From positions 45,801 to 109,800 of the forward strand of contig CAUWGC010000003.1 of assembly GCA_963558405.1 (NCBI GenBank): 64,000 bases of DNA, given 5' to 3'. The notes below the pieces were generated by a model. It was not told the origin of the DNA, did no database searches, and worked only from the letters and a program-made list of their open reading frames with translations. The position numbers and the translations under genes were made by a program. Positions 1 through 9,899 of the stretch are shown piece after piece (the stretch's first letter is position 1; every line of letters begins with the position of its first letter). The stretch comes from an uncultured Clostridia bacterium. GTDB lineage: Bacteria > Bacillota > Clostridia > TANB77 > CAG-508.

Positions 1-1245
1 GTCAATTTTGGCACCTAATAATCTAAATTTTTCTTCAATATTTTCATAACCACGGTCTATGTGATCTAAGTTATATACTTCTGTTGTTCCATTAGCAATT
101 ATACCTGCAATAATTAAAGCTGCACCAGCACGTAAATCTGTTGCAAAAACAGGAGAACCTGATAAAGACTTTACACCTTCAAAAAAGGCTGTTTTTCCTT
201 GGGCAGTAATTTTAGCTCCCATTTTAATTAATTCATAAGTATATTGAAAACGTGATTCCCATATGCTTTCATTAATTGTACTAGTACCTTCTGCAATAGA
301 TAAAGCAACACCTATTTGAGGTTGTAAATCTGTTGGAAAACCAGGATAAGGTAAAGTTTTTACAGTAACCTTATTAGGACGTTTTGTACACCATACACGA
401 ATGTTATCACCATCTTCTTCAACATTTGCTCCCATTTCTAAAACTTTAGCAGTAACAGATTCTAAGTGTTTTGTTATACAATTATGAATTGTAATATCAC
501 CTCTAGAAGCTACTGCTGCAAGCATAAAAGTTCCTGCTTCTATTTGATCTGGAACTACACTATAAGTAGCATTACCAGATAATTTAGAAACACCATGGAT
601 TTTAATCATATCTGTTCCAGCACCTCTAATATCAGCTCCCATAGTATTTAAAAAGTTAGCAACATCAACTATATGAGGTTCTTTTGCTGCATTATCAATA
701 GTAGTTGTTCCTTCAGCTAATACACTAGCAAGCATTACATTAATAGTAGCTCCGACAGAAACAATGTCCATATAAATAGAAGTTCCTGTTAATTTTTTTG
801 CAGATGCTGTAATTTTACCTTGTCCAACATCTACCTTAGCACCAAGTGCTTCAAATCCTTTTATATGTTGGTCTATTGGTCTTGCTCCTAAATTACATCC
901 ACCAGGAAGACCAACTATAGCTTCTTTACATCTTCCTAGTAAAGAACCAATTAAGTAATAAGATGCTCTAAATTTGCTAGTTATATCTAAAGGAGCTTGT
1001 GCATGGCAAATGTTTCTTGTATCAACTGTAATTTCATGTTTATTATTCCAAGTAATTTTTGCACCTAAACTTTCTAGAATTTCACAATATAGTCTTACAT
1101 CACTAATGTCAGGTAAGTTTTCTATTGTACATATTCCATCAATTAATAGTGTTGCAGGAAGAATAGCAACAGCAGCATTTTTTGCTCCACTTATTACAAC
1201 ATCTCCTTTTAATTTTGTTCCACCATTTATTACTAATTTATCCAA
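1..1245 (-). CDS. murA: UDP-N-acetylglucosamine 1-carboxyvinyltransferase (3' end runs off the window)
   Basis: Manual translation from TTG at 1245 (GGGGG RBS upstream): DKLVINGGTKLKGDVVISGAKNAAVAILPA...LPGGCNLGARPIDQH...ATDLRAGAALI...IDRGYE. Not in the ORF track because there is no stop inside the window. Confidence 0.95.
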   Translation of the reverse strand, partial: MDKLVINGGTKLKGDVVISGAKNAAVAILPATLLIDGICTIENLPDISDVRLYCEILESLGAKITWNNKHEITVDTRNICHAQAPLDITSKFRASYYLIGSLLGRCKEAIVGLPGGCNLGARPIDQHIKGFEALGAKVDVGQGKITASAKKLTGTSIYMDIVSVGATINVMLASVLAEGTTTIDNAAKEPHIVDVANFLNTMGADIRGAGTDMIKIHGVSKLSGNATYSVVPDQIEAGTFMLAAVASRGDITIHNCITKHLESVTAKVLEMGANVEEDGDNIRVWCTKRPNKVTVKTLPYPGFPTDLQPQIGVALSIAEGTSTINESIWESRFQYTYELIKMGAKITAQGKTAFFEGVKSLSGSPVFATDLRAGAALIIAGIIANGTTEVYNLDHIDRGYENIEEKFRLLGAKID

Positions 1246-1426
1246 AATTGTTACCCCCAAAATAATTTTTTTGATAAAAAATAGAATGTATATACATTCT
1301 ATCTCAAAATATATCATAAAAAGGTATAATTTACAACAGTTTTTTTAAATATCAATTAACTATGTAAATAATTAGATACTTAATTCTTCATTATTAAATA
1401 TCTAATTATTTATATAAATTAAAATA

Positions 1427-2092
1427 TTATTGCTTAGCTGTAAAAATATTATTGTTTTGGAAAAATTCAATTAAACGAAATTTAAACTTTATTTCATTAT
1501 TCTCAGTATCTGAAATTAAGTTGTATTCTTCAGTTGATAAATTTTCTTTAATAATTTCTTTAGATTCATCCGGAACAATACCAGATGTTACATCTACAAA
1601 ACATAAAGGAGGAAACATTACACACCACCAATTTTGACCAAGTGAATCTCCAATTTCTACTCGCATAGCATCATAGTTTCCAGAAGGAAGGGATATATCA
1701 CCATATTGTTTTGTAGGAAATGGAAAATTACCTATTCTAATATTTACATCATAAGAAAAACCATTTTGTGATATTACGTCTTTGGCAATTTTATAAAAAT
1801 CTTCTTCATGTTCTTTGGCAATAGATATTACTTCTTCTTTAGAAGTAACATTTTTAGAAATTGTATTCATATATTCTATAAGTGCATCTCTTACTTTATA
1901 TTTTAAATTTTGATCTTCTTTAGAATCACTGTTTGCAAGTACATGTAATCTAAAAACACTATCTTCTATATTAGAAGATACAGCATTAACATAAGAATAA
2001 GCAGATATAAAAACATATAATGTAAGTAAAAACAGTAATATAAAAGATGCTTTTATATATTTAATTTTTATTATTTTTTTTAAAATATTCAT
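1427..2092 (-). CDS. spoIIR: Stage II sporulation protein R
   Basis: Signal peptide followed by FRLHVLANSDSKEDQNLKYKVRD and GQNWWCVMFPPLCF motifs. Confidence 0.95.
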   Translation of the reverse strand: MNILKKIIKIKYIKASFILLFLLTLYVFISAYSYVNAVSSNIEDSVFRLHVLANSDSKEDQNLKYKVRDALIEYMNTISKNVTSKEEVISIAKEHEEDFYKIAKDVISQNGFSYDVNIRIGNFPFPTKQYGDISLPSGNYDAMRVEIGDSLGQNWWCVMFPPLCFVDVTSGIVPDESKEIIKENLSTEEYNLISDTENNEIKFKFRLIEFFQNNNIFTAKQ

Positions 2093-2453
2093 AACTTACC
2101 TCCTAAAGAAATTTTACGTTTTTAAATATGTAAAATTTTTAACTAAATTGTAAATAAATTTCTGTAATAAAAGTATTAACCAAATAAAAAAATATATACA
2201 TTATATCTTAAAAAAAACTAAATATTACAAAAATGACTTTATTTGTTATGTATAAAAATGAAATATAATGTAGAAAAATATAAATTTTAATAAAAAAACA
2301 AAATTTTATGAAAAAATTATTACAAAAATATTTAAAACATAAAACAACAAAAAAATACTATAAAAAAACATAAATACCAGTATTTTACAGTATAAAACTT
2401 TTGTAAGTATTGCAAAATGTCGAAAAGTTTTAATAAAAAAATATTAAATTTTG

Positions 2454-2482
2454 TTGACATTTATATTACACGATGGTAAAAT
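2454..2482 (+). promoter_or_regulatory. Sigma-A-like promoter of ORF 2522
   Basis: TTGACA-17 bp-TAAAAT with TG upstream of the -10. Confidence 0.6.
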
Positions 2483-2521
2483 CTTCCATGTAAACAAAAG
2501 AAAGTTTAGGGGGATAAAAAA

Positions 2522-3076
2522 ATGAGTAATCAGGAAACATTTGAAAAGATTTGTAGTTTTTATGTAAGTGACTGGCATATGGTAACAATGCTATTACCTT
2601 ATATTAGTAAACAAATCGAAAACAATATAAATGTAGAAACGATGCTCCAAAAAGATGTAGATAAAAATGTAACAGAATTAATATCAAGATTAAACATACA
2701 TAACGAAAAAGAAATAACAAAAATAAATTGGAAACAAAATGAAATAATAAAATATAAAGAAACAGAAAAATATTTAGATAAAGCTATAAGTAAATCTAAA
2801 GAAATTATTATTTTGGTAAATGGAACTAACGAATATATAAACACAGTAAATACAAATATTTATAATTATATACATAAAAATATTCGTAAATTAACATCAA
2901 AAGGTAACAAAATAAAAATTATAAACTGCTACGAGGTAATGCAATTTAATTATAATATTAATACAATTTTAGATTCACATGATAAAGTATTAAACACTTC
3001 AGGAGAAAAAGAGATAGAAGAAGTTTTTGAAGGATATCAAAGAAAATATACAGAACAAATAGAAAATGTAAATTAA
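2522..3076 (+). CDS. Hypothetical protein (184 aa)
   Basis: ORF with AGGGGG RBS and promoter. No motif recognised. Confidence 0.75.
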   Translation: MSNQETFEKICSFYVSDWHMVTMLLPYISKQIENNINVETMLQKDVDKNVTELISRLNIHNEKEITKINWKQNEIIKYKETEKYLDKAISKSKEIIILVNGTNEYINTVNTNIYNYIHKNIRKLTSKGNKIKIINCYEVMQFNYNINTILDSHDKVLNTSGEKEIEEVFEGYQRKYTEQIENVN

Positions 3077-3089
3077 AGTACGCTACAAC

Positions 3090-3118
3090 TTGACATAATA
3101 TGTAAATAAAGATATAAT
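3090..3118 (+). promoter_or_regulatory. Consensus sigma-A promoter of ORF 3208
   Basis: TTGACA-17 bp-TATAAT. Confidence 0.75.
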
Positions 3119-3207
3119 TAAAGAACACGTTGTAATACTATTAATACAATAAGTGTTTTATTGTACTAATATACCCATTATTAAACAGTTAAACAAAGGA
3201 GGATATT

Positions 3208-3549
3208 ATGCATATTATATTAGCATTATTAAACGGTCTGTACTTTGTGGCAATCCCATTGGGATTAGCCATTGCAATAGCAATTAATTGGTATTACATT
3301 TGTAATGGTGTACAAACAATACGGAACAAAATATTAAACCTTGCAATAGTTCTTATTTTAGTACTTGCAGATGGTTTATATATTGCAGATATGTGGGGAG
3401 ATATTCTTCAACAACAATTAATAAAAGATGTAGATAAAACTACATTAAACTTAATTGGTGTAGCAATTGTTCTGGTTATTGAATTTGCAATATTTTGTAC
3501 AATTAAGGTGTATAAGCAAATTAACAAAAGTAAAAATAGAGAGAGTTAA
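3208..3549 (+). CDS. Hypothetical membrane protein (3 hydrophobic segments), with an in-frame CGG at 3322
   Basis: GGAGG RBS, own promoter and terminator, hydrophobic helices. Confidence 0.7.
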   Translation: MHIILALLNGLYFVAIPLGLAIAIAINWYYICNGVQTIRNKILNLAIVLILVLADGLYIADMWGDILQQQLIKDVDKTTLNLIGVAIVLVIEFAIFCTIKVYKQINKSKNRES

Positions 3550-3589
3550 AAAGCATAACTAAAAAATAACTGTTTAATAAATGGGGAAA

Positions 3590-3630
3590 AAAAGGAATAA
3601 AATCTGTAATTAACGGATTTTATTCCTTTT
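3590..3630 (+). terminator. Intrinsic terminator
   Basis: AAAAGGAATAAAATCTGT / ACGGATTTTATTCCTTTT hairpin. Confidence 0.75.
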
Positions 3631-3791
3631 AAAATTGCCTTTTATAATAAAAAAGATGATAAAAATCTAAAGTGTTAGTATAAAAATATAAAATAAAAAC
3701 AGTGATTGACTAAACCATTTTTTTGATATAAGATATACTAACAAATAATACTTTTATTGGGATATAAAATAATTTTAGGAGGAAGGATAAA

Positions 3792-5039
3792 ATGGATGAA
3801 AAATATAAGTTAGCAGTAGAAAAGCTAAAGGAATTTCATCAAGAACAAGTATTGTCAAAATACAATACAATGTCTAATGAGGACAAAGAAAAATTATTAG
3901 AACAAATTTTAAAAATTGACTGGAATCAAATGTCAAACCTTTATGAAATGGCTAAAAAAGATGTTCCAGTAGAAGAAGCAAAAGTTGAGCCAATTTCTTA
4001 TGTGGATAAAGAAAAATTAACAAAAGAAGAAAAAGAAGAATATTTAAAAATAGGTATAGAAGAAATAAAAAAAGGAAAATTAGCTGTTGTTACAATGGCT
4101 GGTGGACAAGGAACAAGACTTGGTCATAAAGGTCCAAAAGGTACTTATGATTTAGGACTTGCTTCTCACAAATCTATTTTTGAAATTTTATGTGATACAT
4201 TAAAAAAGGCAAAAGAAGATTATGGTGTAGTAATTCCATGGTATTTAATGACAAGTAAAGAAAATAATACTGATACAATAAACTTTTTTGAAAAAAACAA
4301 CTATTTTGGATATCCAAAAGAAAGTGTACATTTCTTTATGCAAGGTGAACTTCCAATGATTTTAGAAAATGGAAATATTGTTCAAAAAGAAGATGGAACA
4401 ATTAAAGAAGCAGCAGATGGACATGGTGGAGTTTTTGAATCTATGACACGTAATGGTGTTGTAAAAGAAATGAAAAATAATAATATAGAATGGGTATTTA
4501 TTGGTGGAGTAGATAATGTATTGGTAAAAATGGTTGATCCAATATTAATAGGTCTAGCAACAAAGCAAAAATCATTAGCTGCAGGTAAAAGTGTTGTAAA
4601 AGCAAATCCAAGCGAAAGAGTTGGAGTATTTTGCAAAAAAAACGGTAAACCAAGTGTTATAGAATATACAGAAATTTCAAAAGAAATGGCAGAAGCCATA
4701 GATAAAAATGGAGAGCTTTTATATGGTGAATCACATATACTATGTAACATGTTTAATATTAAAATATTAGAAGAATTAGGAAAAAATAAACTACCTTATC
4801 ATAAAGCTTATAAAAAATCTGATTATTTGGATGAAAAAGGAAACTTTATAGTTGCTGAAAAACCAAATGCATATAAATTTGAAACATTTTTATTTGATGC
4901 TTTTTCAAAAATAGATAATATGTCTATTTTAAGAGTAAAAAGGGAAGAAGAATTTGCTCCTGTTAAAAATGCAGAAGGAACAGATAGCCCAGAAACTGCA
5001 AGAGCACTTTATAAAGCTTTTTATGGAATAAAAGAATAA
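3792..5039 (+). CDS. UDPGP-family (UAP1-like) UDP-N-acetylhexosamine pyrophosphorylase
   Basis: MAGGQGTRLGHKGPKG, DGHGG, GVDN, EYTE, YKFETFLFD and EEFAPVKN motifs. Confidence 0.9.
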   Translation: MDEKYKLAVEKLKEFHQEQVLSKYNTMSNEDKEKLLEQILKIDWNQMSNLYEMAKKDVPVEEAKVEPISYVDKEKLTKEEKEEYLKIGIEEIKKGKLAVVTMAGGQGTRLGHKGPKGTYDLGLASHKSIFEILCDTLKKAKEDYGVVIPWYLMTSKENNTDTINFFEKNNYFGYPKESVHFFMQGELPMILENGNIVQKEDGTIKEAADGHGGVFESMTRNGVVKEMKNNNIEWVFIGGVDNVLVKMVDPILIGLATKQKSLAAGKSVVKANPSERVGVFCKKNGKPSVIEYTEISKEMAEAIDKNGELLYGESHILCNMFNIKILEELGKNKLPYHKAYKKSDYLDEKGNFIVAEKPNAYKFETFLFDAFSKIDNMSILRVKREEEFAPVKNAEGTDSPETARALYKAFYGIKE

Positions 5040-5051
5040 GGAGATAAAAAA

Positions 5052-6770
5052 ATGGGATATAAAGAAGAATACATTAAATGGTGTGAAGATTCTTTGTTTG
5101 ATGAAGAGACTAAAGAAGAACTAAAAAACATAAAAAACGAAGAAGAAATAAAAGATAGATTTTATAAATCATTAGAGTTTGGTACTGCTGGACTAAGAGG
5201 TGTTATAGGAGCAGGAACTAATAGAATGAATAAATACACTGTAGGAAAAGCAACACAAGGATTAGCTAATTTTATAAAAAAGGAAAAAGCAGAAGGAAGA
5301 GGTGTTGCAATAGCTTATGATTCTAGACATATGTCAAAAGAATTTAGCGAGGTAACAGCATTATGCTTAAATGCAAATGGAATTAAAACATATGTATTTG
5401 AATCTTTAAGACCTGTTCCAGAATTATCTTTTGCAGTAAGAAAATTAAATGCAATAGCAGGAATTGTTATTACAGCAAGCCATAATCCACCAGAATATAA
5501 TGGATATAAAGTATACTGGGAAGATGGAGCGCAAATAGTTAGTCCAAAAGATAAACAAATTATTGATGAAGTAAATGCTGTAGAAGATTATAAAGATATA
5601 AAAACAATTTCAAAAGAAGAAGCAACAAAAAAAGAATTATATAATGTAATTGGAAAAGAAATTGATGATGCATATATGGATGAATTAAAAAAATTAGTTT
5701 TAAATCCAGATGCAATAAATAGTCAAAAAGATATTAAAATTGTATATACTCCACTTCATGGAACTGGTAGAATGCCAGTACAAAGAATTTTAAAAGAACT
5801 AGGTTTTACAAATGTTTCTATAGTAAAAGAACAAGAAGAACCTAATGGTGATTTTCCAACTGTAAAATTACCAAATCCAGAAGATAAAGCTGCTTTTGCT
5901 ATGGCACTAGACCTTGCTAAAAAAGAAAATGCAGATATTGTTTTAGCAACAGATCCAGATGCAGATAGATTAGGTGTTTATGCAAAAGACAGTAAAACAG
6001 GAGAATATATGTCTTTTACAGGTAATATGTCTGGTCTATTAATTGCAGAATATATTTTATCTCAAAAGAAAGAAAAAGGAATTTTACCTAAAAATGCTGT
6101 TTTAATAAAAACTATAGTTTCTTCTAACTTAGCTGATGCTATTGTAAAAGAATATGGAATTAATTTAATTGAAGTATTAACAGGATTTAAATATATTGGT
6201 GAACAAATTAAATTACTAGAACAAAGCCATAAATATACATATCAATTTGGGTATGAGGAAAGTTATGGATGTTTAATTGGAACATATGCAAGAGATAAAG
6301 ATGCTATATCAGCAGTAGCAATGCTTTGCGAAGCAGCAGCATATTACAAAGAAAAAGGATTAACATTATGGGATCAAATGATTAATATTTACGAAAAATA
6401 TGGATATTATAAAGAAGGTTTATTTTCGATTACTTTAAAAGGTGCAGATGGTGCAGAGAAAATAAAACAGATGATGGAAAAATTAAGAACAAGTAAAATA
6501 GAACATTTAGGAGAAAATAAAGTAATAAGCAAAAAAGACTATCAAACACAAGAAGGAATTATTTATAGTACAGAGGAAAAAATAAAGCTAAAACTCCCAA
6601 AATCAAATGTATTATATTATGACTTAGAGAATAATGGATGGGTAGCTGTAAGACCTTCTGGAACAGAACCAAAAATAAAATTTTACACAGGTGTAAAAGG
6701 AAATTCTTTGGAAGATGCAGAAGAAAAATTAAATAAACTTACAGATGCAATAAAAAAATTAGTAGAATAA
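5052..6770 (+). CDS. pgm: Phosphoglucomutase/phosphomannomutase
   Basis: FGTAGLRG, TASHNP, DPDADR, GYEESYG and RPSGTEPK motifs. Confidence 0.92.
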   Translation: MGYKEEYIKWCEDSLFDEETKEELKNIKNEEEIKDRFYKSLEFGTAGLRGVIGAGTNRMNKYTVGKATQGLANFIKKEKAEGRGVAIAYDSRHMSKEFSEVTALCLNANGIKTYVFESLRPVPELSFAVRKLNAIAGIVITASHNPPEYNGYKVYWEDGAQIVSPKDKQIIDEVNAVEDYKDIKTISKEEATKKELYNVIGKEIDDAYMDELKKLVLNPDAINSQKDIKIVYTPLHGTGRMPVQRILKELGFTNVSIVKEQEEPNGDFPTVKLPNPEDKAAFAMALDLAKKENADIVLATDPDADRLGVYAKDSKTGEYMSFTGNMSGLLIAEYILSQKKEKGILPKNAVLIKTIVSSNLADAIVKEYGINLIEVLTGFKYIGEQIKLLEQSHKYTYQFGYEESYGCLIGTYARDKDAISAVAMLCEAAAYYKEKGLTLWDQMINIYEKYGYYKEGLFSITLKGADGAEKIKQMMEKLRTSKIEHLGENKVISKKDYQTQEGIIYSTEEKIKLKLPKSNVLYYDLENNGWVAVRPSGTEPKIKFYTGVKGNSLEDAEEKLNKLTDAIKKLVE

Positions 6771-6773
6771 TAT

Positions 6774-6816
6774 AAAAGATACCATGTATAATATTTATAT
6801 TCATGGTATCTTTTTT
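6774..6816. terminator. Bidirectional terminator between pgm and the XRE gene
   Basis: AAAAGATACCATG...CATGGTATCTTTTTT. Confidence 0.75.
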
Positions 6817-6835
6817 GATATATAATAAATTAAAG

Positions 6836-7188
6836 CTATTTTTTTGAAAGACGTTTAATAATAGCAAGAGCTAATTTTTGGTCTTCTAGTGAAAGCTTAT
6901 CTACTTCTTCAAAAATAATTTCACTTAATCCGTTTGAATTATCTGAAAAAAAATCTGCTAATAAAAGCGTATGTGTTATAGATATTGCTTTACATATATC
7001 TATAATAGTAGAAACCTAGCGTTATAAGCTCCATTTTCTAATTTTGATAAATATTCTATTGTTAAATTAGTTTTTTCAGCAATAGATTCTTGAGTAAGTC
7101 CAGCCACTTTTCTATATTTTTTTAAATTTTTACCTACTACTTTATTAATCATTTTAATTTTTGCTGGTTCTTTCTTCTTTCTGCGCAT
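6836..7188 (-). pseudogene. XRE-family HTH regulator interrupted by a 1-nt deficit near 7015
   Basis: GKNLKKYRKVAGLTQESIAEKTNLTIEYLSKLENGAYNA continues in the -1 frame as VSTIIDICKAISIT...LSLEDQKLALAIIKRLSKK*. The span is 353 nt (3n-1). Confidence 0.75.
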
Positions 7189-7417
7189 ATTACGACCTCC
7201 TAACAAAATACTACATATAAGTATAACAGTGTTAAATAAGAATTATAATGAACTAAAAGCCAGTGAAGTAAAATTGATAAATATAGTATTTCCAATATAT
7301 TTAAGGATATTCGCAGAAAAAATATTAAACAAAAGAACAAATTTTGGATAAAAAATGAAATAGTCAAAAAAACAAAAAATGCATAAAAAAAGAACAAATA
7401 ATTTTTGTTCTCTTTTA

Positions 7418-8140
7418 TTATTTATTTTTTTCCCAACCTTTTATATTACTTCTTTTTATAGCACCGTATAAATTTGCTCTAATAGTAGGAATTTTTAAGC
7501 TAAAATCTTTTAATAATTCTTTCATATCTTCTCTTTTAGATATTCCATCCATAGGACAAGTTTTGGGCATTACTTCAATTTGATTTTTACGGATACATTT
7601 TTTTATTTCTTTTTCTGGTGCATATATAAGTGGTCTAATAAGTGTAATTTTAGAACGATCCATATAGCTTACAGGAGCAAAAGTAGAAATACTACCAGTA
7701 TAAAGTAAATTTAATAAAAAAGTTTCTAAAACATCATCTTCATTATGTCCAAGTGCTATTTTATTGCATCCAAGTTCAATAGCTGTACTATTTAAAATGC
7801 CTCTTCTTAGATTAGCACATAAAGAACAAGGATTTTTTTCTTTTCTAATATCAAAAACAATTTCTTTAATATGACTTTCTTTTTCTACATATTCTACACC
7901 AATTTTTTCACAAGTATTTTTTAAAAAAGTACTATCAAAAAAAGGAAAGCCAGGGTTTACGCTAACTGCAACTATAGAAAAAGAATTTGGATAAAAACGT
8001 TGTAATTCCTTTAGTCCCATAAGCATTGTGATTGAGTCTTTGCCACCAGATAAACCAACAGCAATTTTGTCTCCTTCTTCAATCATATTATAATCATCAA
8101 TTGCTTTTCTCATATAACTTAAAATTTTTTGTATTTGCAT
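7418..8140 (-). CDS. ttcA: tRNA 2-thiocytidine biosynthesis TtcA-family protein
   Basis: SGGKDS PP-loop, CSLCANLRRG, GHNEDD and IRPL motifs. Confidence 0.88.
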   Translation of the reverse strand: MQIQKILSYMRKAIDDYNMIEEGDKIAVGLSGGKDSITMLMGLKELQRFYPNSFSIVAVSVNPGFPFFDSTFLKNTCEKIGVEYVEKESHIKEIVFDIRKEKNPCSLCANLRRGILNSTAIELGCNKIALGHNEDDVLETFLLNLLYTGSISTFAPVSYMDRSKITLIRPLIYAPEKEIKKCIRKNQIEVMPKTCPMDGISKREDMKELLKDFSLKIPTIRANLYGAIKRSNIKGWEKNK

Positions 8141-8438
8141 ATGTAACACCTCTTTTGATTTTTATATTATACAGGCAAATGATAAAAATAGCAAGATATG
8201 TAAAGTATAAGAAGTTTTTGGAAATTGTATAGGTTAGAGGTGGGCAGATAAGTAAGATAAATTTTCAAAAAATATATAAAAATTTATCTTACTTATCGGG
8301 TTTTAAATTATAGTAAAAAAATAGAAGTTGAGACATTGGCATATTTTACCATATAAATTTTATATGATATTGCAAAATTTTACAATAAATGATATAATAA
8401 AAATAACTTTAAAATCAAATGAGAAGGGTGTGATTTAT

Positions 8439-9050
8439 ATGAAAAATAAATTAATTAAATGTTTAATTATTATATTTATTATTATTATAATTATATTTCT
8501 AGCAAATTTAATAAGAAAAATATATTTAATTGAGAAATATGATGATGAGAATGATAAATATCAAGCAAGTACAAATTTCTATCAAAGATATACTGAAGAG
8601 GATAGGATAACCGAGATATGGAGAAAAGGTGATGTTGCTTTGTTAAAAATGAAAGGAAAAGATGTAGAGAATATTTTATATTGGAGTAATGAACAATCTT
8701 GGATAATTTCTAATTCTTTAAATGGAGTAACAAAAACAGCAGTAAAATATGATGAGATGGCAATACAAATTCCCACAATATCAAATTCATATTTTAACAC
8801 AGAAGGTTTAATGGATTCAATTAAATTGGCCTTCAAATCAAAAATAACAACTGAAAATATAGAAAATGAAGAATGTTATAAATTTACATTAGATGATACT
8901 GAAGAATATGTAAATGTTTCTAATTTTAAGTTATTAAAAATTAAGGACGGTAATATGGTACGTGATAAAATTTATTATGAACTAGATACTGTAGAAGATA
9001 GTGAAATTGAATTTCCAAATTTAGAAGGATATAAGATTATAGATAAGTAA
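8439..9050 (+). CDS. Hypothetical exported or membrane-anchored protein
   Basis: AAGGGTG RBS before ATG 8439, N-terminal hydrophobic anchor, terminator at 9061-9101. Confidence 0.7.
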   Translation: MKNKLIKCLIIIFIIIIIIFLANLIRKIYLIEKYDDENDKYQASTNFYQRYTEEDRITEIWRKGDVALLKMKGKDVENILYWSNEQSWIISNSLNGVTKTAVKYDEMAIQIPTISNSYFNTEGLMDSIKLAFKSKITTENIENEECYKFTLDDTEEYVNVSNFKLLKIKDGNMVRDKIYYELDTVEDSEIEFPNLEGYKIIDK

Positions 9051-9210
9051 TAAAAAATGTAAAAGAAAACTTTTAAAAATTAAACTAAAAGTTTTCTTTT
9101 TATTGTGATATATTGATAAATTTATAAATTGAAAAAAAGTTAAATGCAATGATAAGCAACATCACTGGAAAACCGTTTGACAAAAATATAAAATAATGTT
9201 ATTCTAATAA

Positions 9211-9282
9211 TAGTTTAAGCATAAAGTCTGACAGACTAGATAGCACAGGTATGTGTGTAGGGACACATATCTTTTTATGCTC
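9211..9282 (+). ncRNA. Putative structured small RNA
   Basis: TTGACA(9177)-17 bp-TG-TATTCT promoter. Nested stems GCATAAA/TTTATGC, GTCT/AGAC and AGGTATGTGT/ACACATATCT followed by a T run. Confidence 0.4.
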
Positions 9283-9387
9283 TAAAAAATCCTTATACTA
9301 TACATACATGTTAAGAACATCATTATAGGAATATCATTATAAAAAATATTATTTGACAAATAATATAAATATAGAGTATAATAAGTA

Positions 9388-9474
9388 TAGAAAATGAGAA
9401 CCACAGAGTGGTTGCCTAATAAAATGTTAAAATAAACCATTTCACTTCGGCAAAGCAGAATGGTTTATTTTTTT
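9388..9474 (+). ncRNA. Putative type I antitoxin RNA
   Basis: TTGACA(9353)-18 bp-TATAAT(9377) promoter, no ORF, ends at a terminator shared with a convergent hydrophobic peptide gene. Confidence 0.6.
9429..9474. terminator. Bidirectional terminator of the TA-like locus
   Basis: AAAATAAACCATT...AATGGTTTATTTT. Confidence 0.75.
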
Positions 9475-9583
9475 ATTTGCTCAAAATTACTACTAATGCA
9501 ATAATCAAGGCAATAGCTATGACAGTAACTACTACTAATCCAAAGAAAAGTAGATATATTATTTGTAATAATAATATTTCCAT
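9473..9583 (-). CDS. Small hydrophobic peptide (36 aa), putative type I toxin
   Basis: MEILLLQIIYLLFFGLVVVTVIAIALIIALVVILSK* with GAGGTGG RBS. Below the ORF-track cutoff. Confidence 0.7.
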   Translation of the reverse strand: MEILLLQIIYLLFFGLVVVTVIAIALIIALVVILSK

Positions 9584-9800
9584 AGCACCACCTCGCTTTC
9601 TCACAGATTAACTGTGTAATATGTAAGGTGGCAACACACTCTGCTTATCTCACTTTCTATGTTAATAATATATAATGTTTTTTATAATAAATCAAGTAAA
9701 AATAGTCAATTTGTAAAAAAATAACATTTAGAAGAAATATTACTTAACAATTTAAACTATTTACAAAACATCAATTTTTTGATATATTAATAAAGCAAAT

Positions 9801-9876
9801 GTATCTATAGCTCAACAGGATAGAGCACCCGCCTCCTAAGCGGGCGATGGTGGTTCGAGTCCACCTAGGTACACCA
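9801..9876 (+). tRNA. tRNA-Arg (anticodon CCT)
   Basis: Acceptor stem GTATCTA/TAGGTAC, anticodon arm CCCGC-CTCCTAA-GCGGG, GTTCGAGT T-loop, 3' CCA. Confidence 0.95.
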
Positions 9877-9899
9877 TTTTTTTATATAAGGAAAGTTTA

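Noticed and set aside
974-1348. Plus-strand 124 aa ORF and the many other antisense ORFs in the track
   Set aside because: They are shadow frames opposite real genes such as murA, pbp2, the AI-2E transporter and ispH, with no RBS or motifs.
2172-2199. Sigma-F promoter for spoIIR (GTATA...GGTTAATACT, minus strand)
   Set aside because: It is biologically expected, but the spacing is shorter than consensus and the region is too AT-rich to call.
8241-8294. Inverted repeat AGTAAGATAAATTTT / AAAATTTATCTTACT between divergent genes
   Set aside because: The repeat is real, but there is no convergent gene to terminate and no evidence to assign it as an operator or MITE.
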